The notes beneath the pieces are model-generated. The model was given only the letters and a program-made list of their open reading frames with translations. It had not been told where the DNA came from and did no database searches. DNA of 64,000 nt from an uncultured delta proteobacterium (GTDB taxonomy: Bacteria > Myxococcota_A > UBA9160 > SMWR01): NCBI GenBank assembly GCA_963832165.1, contig CAWHTE010000002.1:384001-448000 (forward strand), given 5' to 3'. This document shows, in pieces, positions 57,076 through 64,000 of this stretch. The position numbers were made by a program, and so were the translations under genes. Each line of letters starts with the position of its first letter. Within the stretch, counting starts at the first letter, position 1.

Positions 57076-57103
57076 GGATCGGTGCCGCGCACGCGGAGCT
57101 TGA
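57076..57103 (-). promoter_or_regulatory. Sigma28-like promoter P10
   Basis: TCAAG-N15-ACCGATCC, 26 nt before ATG 57049. Confidence 0.62.
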
Positions 57104-57125
57104 GGACGTGTGCGACGCTTCGCGC

Positions 57126-57710
57126 ATGCGAACGAGCCTCCACATAGCGCTCGCGGCCACTGCAGCGGTGGTTCTCGGTCTCGGCTCGGGCGCGTGGGCC
57201 GTGCGTGCGGGACTCTCGGCGGGCAACGTCGCGAATGGACCCTGGCGGACGAGTCTCACCACCGGGAGCGCCGAGGCGGACCTCTACACACGGGCCCGTG
57301 TTGCGGTCGGCGCACTGCTGGCGCTCTCGCCCGCAGAGACGATCTACTGGAACGCCGACCGCGACTCCTCGGGCGCGCTGCTCGAGGCGCGCTGCGACTA
57401 CGAGGTCGCGGGCGACGAGCTGCCCGCGCGCTGGTGGAGCATCACAGCCTACGGCTCGGACGATTTCCTGATCCCGAACGAGCCCGGGCGCTATTCCTTC
57501 AGCCAGACGACACTCGCGCGCGAGCCGCGTGGCGCCTGGGCGATCGAGGTTTCGACGGAAGCGAAGCCGCGCAACTGGCTGCCGTCGGGCCGGTCGGGCG
57601 ACGCTGGCCGCTTCGCCCTCACCCTGCGTCTCTACAACCCGGAGCGCGCGATGCGCGAGCAGCCGGGATCGGCAGAGCTTCCGCAGATCGAGCGGGGTGA
57701 ATGCCGGTGA
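57126..57710 (+). CDS. DUF1214 domain protein
   Basis: ADLYTRA.VA, ETIY, DSSG..L...C.Y, PARWWSITAY, NWLP, LRLYNP. Confidence 0.85.
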   Translation: MRTSLHIALAATAAVVLGLGSGAWAVRAGLSAGNVANGPWRTSLTTGSAEADLYTRARVAVGALLALSPAETIYWNADRDSSGALLEARCDYEVAGDELPARWWSITAYGSDDFLIPNEPGRYSFSQTTLAREPRGAWAIEVSTEAKPRNWLPSGRSGDAGRFALTLRLYNPERAMREQPGSAELPQIERGECR

Positions 57711-58237
57711 AGCGCGCTCTCGCCACGACGCTCGCCGTGCTGGGCTGCGCGGCCGCGCTCCACGTCGCGGTAGTCGCGACTCTGCCCTACGCGATCATGG
57801 GCGTCGCGATGCGCCGGCTCGGCGCCGCGGGCGGCGAGAACGTCTGGATGCACCCTCCGCTTGCGACGGCGGCTTCGCGCGCGATCGTGCGCCCGAGCCC
57901 GGACCTCGCCTACTCGAGTCTGATCTTCGACGTCGGCGAGCGGCCGCTCCGGGTGCGCGTGCCGATCACGCTGCCCTACACCTCCCTTTCGGGCTTTGCG
58001 CGCAACACCGACAACTTCTTCGCCGTGAACGACCAGACGGCGGGTGCGCCCGAGATCGACGTCGTCCTGGTCGGCCCGAGCACTCCGCGCGCAGGGCTCG
58101 AAGGCCTGCGTGTCGTCACTTCGCCGAGCGACCGCGGCATCCTGCTCGTGCGCCGCGTCGTCCCCGACGCGGCCGACTTCCCCGCAATCGACTCCGCCCG
58201 CCGCGTCACCGAAGTCCGGAGTGGTTCGATTCGCTAG
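57701..58237 (+). CDS. DUF1254 domain protein (start 57701 or GTG 57707)
   Basis: IVRPSPDLAYS...FDV..GPL-like motif, Y.SLS, DNFF.VND; coupled to the DUF1214 gene. Confidence 0.8.
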   Translation: MPVKRALATTLAVLGCAAALHVAVVATLPYAIMGVAMRRLGAAGGENVWMHPPLATAASRAIVRPSPDLAYSSLIFDVGERPLRVRVPITLPYTSLSGFARNTDNFFAVNDQTAGAPEIDVVLVGPSTPRAGLEGLRVVTSPSDRGILLVRRVVPDAADFPAIDSARRVTEVRSGSIR

Positions 58238-58345
58238 CTCGGCATGCCCGGGGGGAGCCGCTGGAGCCGAGAATCCGTCAGCGGAGGATCCGCTCGCCGG
58301 CGCGGCGTGGTAGGTTGAGACAGCGCTGCAGTTCTGGGGTTCGTT

Positions 58346-59917
58346 CTGACGCGTCTCGTCCTACCGACGCTGTGCCTTCTCGCCGCCTTGTCGGCGGCGG
58401 AGCCACGCCAGGCCGGGGCCGAGGAGAACGAGCCGGCGCCGGCGCGGGTCGAGCCCGCGCCCGCGGCCCTCGAGCTCGCGCTTCGCGAGCTCCCGCCCGG
58501 CATCCGCGCCGCGGCGCCCGAGGCACCGTCGCCGCTCACAGTCGAGTACACGGTCGACGCAGCGCTCGAGGCCCAGGTCCGCGAGATCCTGACGCGCAGC
58601 CGCCTCCATCTGGCCCAGGTGATCGTGATGGATCCGGCGACTGGCGAGGTCTTCGCATACGTCGCGACCGATCCGCAGGCCTTTCCGGCAACGCGCGCCT
58701 ACCCGACGGCGTCGCTCATGAAGGTCGTGACCGCGGCCGCGGTGCTGCGCGATGCGCCCAGCGCGGCGCGACGGAGCTGCCGCTACCGCGGGAGCCCCTA
58801 CCAGGTCAACGCCGCGCAGCTCAAGGCACCGCGCACGGGAGGTCGGCTCGAGAGCTTCGATGAGGCGCTCGCGATCTCGAACAACCAGTGCTTCGCGCGC
58901 CTCGCGGCCCACGATGTCGGACGTGCGGCGCTGTTCGCGGAGATCGAGCGCGTGGGCCTGCTCGCATCTCCCGCTCCCGGGCATCCGGGTGGGAGCATCG
59001 AGCCGGTCGGGGACGCGCTCGCGCTGGGCCGCCTCGGGTCGGGGCTCGCGGGCTCGTTCCTCTCGCCGCTGGCGGCCGCGCGGCTCGCCGCGGCGCTTGC
59101 GCGTGGCGAGCTGGTCGAGCCGCACTGGATCGCGCGTGTGCGCGACGCCGCGGGCGAGCTCGTCGCGGTGCCGGACGTCGCCCCGCCCCGGCGCATCTGG
59201 GAGCCGGACGTCGCCGCCTCACTGCGCCGCTCGCTGCGCGGCGTCACCGAGCGCGGCACCGCGCGCCGCGCCTTTCAGAACAAACGCGGCGAGCCGCTGC
59301 TCGGCGACGTCGCGGTCGCGGGCAAGACCGGAACATTGAGCGGCAAGGATCCGAAAGGGCTCTACCAGTGGTTCGTCGGCGTCGCTCCCGCGGAGGAGCC
59401 GCGCATCGCGATCGCCGCACTCGTGGTGCGCGACCGCAAAGGATCACATCGCCGCGGCGGCGCGGGGACCAACGCCTCGCAGGTCGCCGCGCAGACCCTG
59501 CGAGGGATCTTCTGCGACGGCGCCGGCTGCGCCGCCGATCGCGTCGAGCCGCTCTACGCGCGCGCCAACGCGCGCCGCGCCGAGTCTGTGGCGGAGCTCG
59601 AGGCGCAGCGCGCCGCGCGCGAGCGTGCCCGCATCGCCGCCGAGCGCGTCGTGCCGGCGCGTCTGCTCGAGGAGTCCGACATCGAGTTCCCGCGCTCGCT
59701 GCGGCGCCGGAAGGTCGAGGGGGAGATCGTGCTCGCCGTCTCGCTCGCGCCGAGCGGCGACGTCGCGAACGTCCGCGTCGACGCGTCGGACCTGCCGGCG
59801 CGATTCGGCAATCACGTCTCCGAAGTGGTGCGCGACTGGAAGTTCGCCCCGTCGACCCGCGGCGGCGAGCCGATCGCGAGCGAGGTTCGGCTGCGGATCC
59901 CGGTTCAGATCCGCTAG
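58346..59917 (+). CDS. Penicillin-binding transpeptidase domain fused to C-terminal TonB domain; start uncertain (CTG 58346 or TTG 58388)
   Basis: SLMK (SxxK), SNN (SxN), KTG; C-terminal FPRSLRRRKVEGEIVL...SGDV...WKFAP. Confidence 0.85.
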   Translation: MTRLVLPTLCLLAALSAAEPRQAGAEENEPAPARVEPAPAALELALRELPPGIRAAAPEAPSPLTVEYTVDAALEAQVREILTRSRLHLAQVIVMDPATGEVFAYVATDPQAFPATRAYPTASLMKVVTAAAVLRDAPSAARRSCRYRGSPYQVNAAQLKAPRTGGRLESFDEALAISNNQCFARLAAHDVGRAALFAEIERVGLLASPAPGHPGGSIEPVGDALALGRLGSGLAGSFLSPLAAARLAAALARGELVEPHWIARVRDAAGELVAVPDVAPPRRIWEPDVAASLRRSLRGVTERGTARRAFQNKRGEPLLGDVAVAGKTGTLSGKDPKGLYQWFVGVAPAEEPRIAIAALVVRDRKGSHRRGGAGTNASQVAAQTLRGIFCDGAGCAADRVEPLYARANARRAESVAELEAQRAARERARIAAERVVPARLLEESDIEFPRSLRRRKVEGEIVLAVSLAPSGDVANVRVDASDLPARFGNHVSEVVRDWKFAPSTRGGEPIASEVRLRIPVQIR

Positions 59918-59990
59918 CGGCCGTGGCCAACCGCTCGCGCTACTTCGCGTTCGGCAACGCCCGCTGCTCGGGGCAGATGGAGGGTGCAGC

Positions 59991-61016
59991 ATGCGAGTTC
60001 TGAACATCCACGGCGTCGATGACGTCCGGCTGGATCCGGTCGATCCGCCGCGCCCGGGAAGCAAGGACGTCGTGGTGAGGGTGAAGGCGTGCGGAATCTG
60101 CGGCAGCGACCTCACCTACATCAAGATCGGTGGAATTCTCCGTCCGCCCGGCGGCACGACGCCGATCGGCCACGAGGCCGCGGGCGAAGTGATCGCCGTC
60201 GGAGACGACGTGAGCGGCGTTGCCGTGGGGCAGCGGGTCGTCATCAACCCGATGATGACGCCGAGCCATATCGGCAGTGGCGGCCCGGAGGGTGCCTTCA
60301 CCGAGGAGCTTCTGGTTCGCGACGCGCGCGTCGGCGACAGCCTGCTTCCGATCCCGGAGGATCTGCCCTACGAGATCGCGGCGCTGACTGAGCCGCTCGC
60401 CGTCGCGCTGCACGGCGTCAACCGCGCCCAGGCGAAGCCGGGCGACAAGGTGGTCGTGTTCGGATGCGGTCCGATCGGTCTCGGCATGGTGCTGTGGCTG
60501 GTGGACCGCGGCGTGACCGACGTGGTCGCGCTCGACCTCGCGCCGGAACGGCTGGCGCGCGCTGCGGCGCTCGGCGCACGAGCGGTGTTGGATCCCACGC
60601 GCGAAGACCTTCGCGCGCGCCTGCTCGAGCTGCACGGCTCGGCGCGTATTTTCAACCGCGAAGCGGTGGGTACGGATGCCTTCATCGACGCAGCCGGTGC
60701 GCCCAACATCCTGTCCGACGTGGTGAGGATGGCGAAGTACCAATCGCGCATGGTGGTGACGGCGGCCTACATGAAGCCGGTGCCGCTCGATCTCGGCGCG
60801 ATGCTGACGACCGAGATGATGATCACCACCGCGGTCGGCTATCCCGACGAAATGCCGGACGTGATCGCGGCCCTGCCCCGGCTGCGCGAGAAGCTCAGTA
60901 CGCTGATCAGCCATCGCTTCCCGTTCGACGAGGTCATCGAGGCGCTCGGCGTCGCCGGTACGCCGGCTTCGGCGAAAGTGATGATCGAGTTCCCGGCGAT
61001 CACCTCGCCGAATTGA
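59991..61016 (+). CDS. Zinc-binding medium-chain dehydrogenase
   Basis: CGICGSD, GHE, EP, FGCGPIG; four-Cys structural-zinc lobe absent. Confidence 0.9.
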   Translation: MRVLNIHGVDDVRLDPVDPPRPGSKDVVVRVKACGICGSDLTYIKIGGILRPPGGTTPIGHEAAGEVIAVGDDVSGVAVGQRVVINPMMTPSHIGSGGPEGAFTEELLVRDARVGDSLLPIPEDLPYEIAALTEPLAVALHGVNRAQAKPGDKVVVFGCGPIGLGMVLWLVDRGVTDVVALDLAPERLARAAALGARAVLDPTREDLRARLLELHGSARIFNREAVGTDAFIDAAGAPNILSDVVRMAKYQSRMVVTAAYMKPVPLDLGAMLTTEMMITTAVGYPDEMPDVIAALPRLREKLSTLISHRFPFDEVIEALGVAGTPASAKVMIEFPAITSPN

Positions 61017-61050
61017 CACCTCGACCGCTGTTCCCGCAGACTGACCGCCC

Positions 61051-62223
61051 GTGAGCACAGCGAGCACACGAATCACGATCGACGATGTCGTCGCACGCGC
61101 GGCCCAGCGTGCAGGGCTCGACGACTTCGGTCCGCCGACCTGGCGCGAAGGCCTGGAAGTCCTGCTCGGCGAGCTCCACGCGGACGACCGGGTTACGGAC
61201 CCGGGCTATGAGACGATGATCGGAATGATGGTCGATGCGCTGTGGAACCGACTGCGCGTGGTCGACTACGCCAAGCAGCATCCGGAAGTGCGGTCGGGAC
61301 AGATCCGGGCGCCGCTCGTGATTCTCGGGATGCCGCGCACCGGCACCACGGTCGCGAGCTATCTGCTCGACCAGGACCCCGCGCACCGCTCGCTGCTGAA
61401 CTGGGAAGCCCCCGATTCGATCCCGCCGTCGACCACGAAGACGCTGCGCAGCGATCCCCGCTGTCTCGCGAAGAAGGAGATGGCGAACAAGATGGTCGAG
61501 GCGATGCTCGCCGCCGGCATCAGCCCGCCGCATTGGGAGGACGCCGACGGCCCCACCGAGTGCATCTTCGTACAGAACCAGGACTTCAAGGCGCTCTGCT
61601 GGGATGCGTTCCAGCCGAACGACGTGTATTGGCGCTGGCTGAAGCAGTGCGACATGACGAGCGCGTACGAGTACGAGCGGCTCGTGCTACAGATCCTCCA
61701 GTCGCAGGCATCGGGCCGCTGGTCGCTCAAGATGCCGTCGCACGCAGTGCACATCGAGACGTTGGTGAAGACCTTCCCCGACGTGAGGATGATCTGGGCG
61801 CACCGCGACCCCTACAAGGCGACGGGGTCGCTCTGCAGCACCGTCGAGATGGGCCACGGCAGGCTCGGCTTCGTCGACCGCGAGGCGATCGGGCGCACCT
61901 CGGTGGACCAGATGCGCGAGCACGTGGGGCGGCCGCTGCGCCTGCGCGAGCGGATCGGTGACGCGCAGTTCTACGACCTGCACTACGCCAACCTGATGCG
62001 CGACCCGATCGGCGAGATGCGCGCGATCTACGCGTGGGCGGGCGAAGAGCTCTTGCCCAGGGTCGAGGCGCGGATGACGGAATGGCTGAAGGCGCGTCCG
62101 CAGGATCGCTTCGGTCCGCGGCCGTACTCGCTCGAGCAGTACGGACTCACTCAGCGGGAGCTGGTGCCCGTGTTCGCGGAGTATCTCGACCGGTTCGACA
62201 TCGAGCTCGAAGGCGTCGAATGA
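61051..62223 (+). CDS. Sulfotransferase family protein (mycobacterial Stf-like)
   Basis: GMPRTGTT PAPS loop, W.LK.P.H, HRDP...S. Confidence 0.88.
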   Translation: MSTASTRITIDDVVARAAQRAGLDDFGPPTWREGLEVLLGELHADDRVTDPGYETMIGMMVDALWNRLRVVDYAKQHPEVRSGQIRAPLVILGMPRTGTTVASYLLDQDPAHRSLLNWEAPDSIPPSTTKTLRSDPRCLAKKEMANKMVEAMLAAGISPPHWEDADGPTECIFVQNQDFKALCWDAFQPNDVYWRWLKQCDMTSAYEYERLVLQILQSQASGRWSLKMPSHAVHIETLVKTFPDVRMIWAHRDPYKATGSLCSTVEMGHGRLGFVDREAIGRTSVDQMREHVGRPLRLRERIGDAQFYDLHYANLMRDPIGEMRAIYAWAGEELLPRVEARMTEWLKARPQDRFGPRPYSLEQYGLTQRELVPVFAEYLDRFDIELEGVE

Positions 62224-63482
62224 GCGGCCCTGCGCTCGTAGACCTGGTATCGGCCGGTGCGCAGCAGCAAGACGCGGTTGCGATCAACGACCACATCTTC
62301 ATGTCGCGCGGCGTGTCGAACTGCTACCTGGTCGGCACCGGCAGCGGGGCGCTGCTCGTGAACACCGGGATGACGCACGAGGCCGAGGCCCACCGCGACC
62401 GCTTCGCGCGGGCGTGCAACGAGCGGGTCCGGGCGATCGTCTTCACGCAGAGCCACGGGGACCACGTCGGCGGCTGGACGATGTTCAACGGTCCCGACGT
62501 CGACACGATCGTGCAGAAGAACTTCCCCGACGTGCGCGGCTACTGGAACCGGCTCGCACCGTTCTACGGCCGCCGGACCGCGAAGCTGTGGAGCGGAGTC
62601 GCCGCGACGCGCGCGCAGGGCGTTCCGGCCAGCCGTCCCCCCGTGCTGCCGCCCGACCCGGTGCCGACGGTCACGTTCGACGACACCTACTCGTTCAAGG
62701 TCGGTGACCTGCGCGTCGAGCTGCTCGCGGTCCCGGGCGGAGAGACCACCGACTCGCTCCTGGTCTGGCTGCCCGACGAGCGCGTCGCGTTCAGCGGGAA
62801 CATGCTAGGCCCGATGTACCTCCACGTACCCAACCTCTACACGATCCGCGGCGACAAGCTGCGCAGCGCGTTGCGCTACATCGAGTCGGTCGACCGGTTG
62901 CGCGCGCTGGAGCCGGAAGTGCTGATCACGGGTCACGGCGACCCGATTCGCGGCGCCGAGCGCATCCACGCCGATCTCGAGAAGCTGCGCGACTCGGTGC
63001 AGTGGGTGCACGATCAGACCGTCGCCGGGATGAATGCCGGGACCGACCTGTTCACGCTGATGCGCGAGATCGCGCCGCCGCCCGAGCTCGCGCTCGGGGA
63101 GGGGCACGGCAAGGTGATGTGGAACGTGCGCGCGATCTGGGAGGAGTACGCCGGGTGGTTCCGCTACGAGTCCACCACCGAGCTGTACGCGGTGCCGCCG
63201 CGCGCGGTCTTCGGCGATCTCGTCGAGCTCGCGGGCGGACCCGACGCGCTGGCGAAGCGGGCTGCGTCGCACGTCGCCGCGGGCAGGCCGCTCGAGGCTC
63301 TACACCTCACCGACATCGTGCTCGACGCGGCTCCCGAGCACCGCGGAGCCCGTGAGACCGCGCTCGCCGCGCACGCGCTCCTGCTCGAACGCAGCGGAGG
63401 GGCGAACCTCAGCGAGACGCGGTGGCTCGAGACCGAGATCGCCGCGGCGCGCGCATCGTTGGACCACGAGGAGAAGGACTGA
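62220..63482 (+). CDS. MBL-fold alkyl/aryl sulfatase-like protein
   Basis: TQSHGDHVGG, GGETTD, PNLYTIRG, GHG, HDQT..GMN, HGKV.WNVRAIW..Y.GW. Confidence 0.85.
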   Translation: MSGPALVDLVSAGAQQQDAVAINDHIFMSRGVSNCYLVGTGSGALLVNTGMTHEAEAHRDRFARACNERVRAIVFTQSHGDHVGGWTMFNGPDVDTIVQKNFPDVRGYWNRLAPFYGRRTAKLWSGVAATRAQGVPASRPPVLPPDPVPTVTFDDTYSFKVGDLRVELLAVPGGETTDSLLVWLPDERVAFSGNMLGPMYLHVPNLYTIRGDKLRSALRYIESVDRLRALEPEVLITGHGDPIRGAERIHADLEKLRDSVQWVHDQTVAGMNAGTDLFTLMREIAPPPELALGEGHGKVMWNVRAIWEEYAGWFRYESTTELYAVPPRAVFGDLVELAGGPDALAKRAASHVAAGRPLEALHLTDIVLDAAPEHRGARETALAAHALLLERSGGANLSETRWLETEIAAARASLDHEEKD

Positions 63483-63483
63483 C

Positions 63484-64000
63484 ATGGCGGCAGCGGACCT
63501 CTTCGACCTCACCGGCAAGGTGGGGCTGGTCACCGGCGCGAACAGCGGTCTCGGCTTCGGGTTCGCGAGCGGCATCGCCAAGTGCGGTGGTGATGTCGTC
63601 GTGTGGGGTCGCCGGGCCGACAAGAACGAGCAGGCGGCCGAGCAGCTGCGCAAGATGGGGGCGCGGCGCGTGCACTGTCAGAGTGTCGACGTGGCCGACG
63701 AGGCGCGTGTCGTCGCCGGAATGGCGGAGGCGATCGAGGTGATGGGACGCGTCGACTGCGTCGTCGCGAACGCCGGCGGCGTCTCGGGTGCGCCGCTGCA
63801 CCTGATGAGCACGCAGATGTACAACGACCTGCTCGGCGTCGCGCAGCACGGCGCGTTCTTCACGATGCGCGAAGGCGTCAAGCACATGAAGGCGCGCGCC
63901 GACGCGGGCGACCCGGGCGGCTCGATCATCGTGTGCGGCAGCCTCACGACCTTCATGGGGCACGCAGGGATCGCGCACTACGCCGCGGCGAAGGGTGCGG
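63484..64000 (+). CDS. SDR family oxidoreductase (truncated by the right edge)
   Basis: TGANSGLG, NAG, S...YAAAKG. Confidence 0.9.
   Translation, partial: MAAADLFDLTGKVGLVTGANSGLGFGFASGIAKCGGDVVVWGRRADKNEQAAEQLRKMGARRVHCQSVDVADEARVVAGMAEAIEVMGRVDCVVANAGGVSGAPLHLMSTQMYNDLLGVAQHGAFFTMREGVKHMKARADAGDPGGSIIVCGSLTTFMGHAGIAHYAAAKGA

Noticed and set aside
58246..58273. GCCGAGAA as an eleventh sigma28-like promoter
   Set aside because: No TCAAG-like -35 at the required spacing.

Overview
Very GC-rich bacterial chromosomal window. Gene content suggests a Myxococcota-like or deltaproteobacterial organism (inference). It holds about 58 tightly packed CDS; I saw no rRNA, tRNA, CRISPR array, transposase or prophage. 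Main contents: lipid and amino-acid metabolism genes; a bfd-bfr iron-storage pair with Fur-like boxes; addB-addA; aldehyde dehydrogenase; asnS; an Lpp/OprI-like lipoprotein beside two L,D-transpeptidase-family genes; a 10-kb Wzm/Wzt glycan operon led by an apparently inactive rhomboid; a sigma54-preceded enzyme resembling eukaryotic neutral sphingomyelinase; a second glycosyltransferase cluster of about 14 kb; a PBP transpeptidase-TonB fusion; and a sulfotransferase/sulfatase/dehydrogenase operon cut by the right edge. The most striking unannotated signal is ten copies of a sigma28 (FliA/WhiG)-type promoter motif, approximately TCAAG-N15-GCCGAT. Eight are arranged as four back-to-back pairs, and they precede nearly every glycan-related transcription unit, although no flagellar gene is present in the window. 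All motif calls were made by eye; no searches were run.
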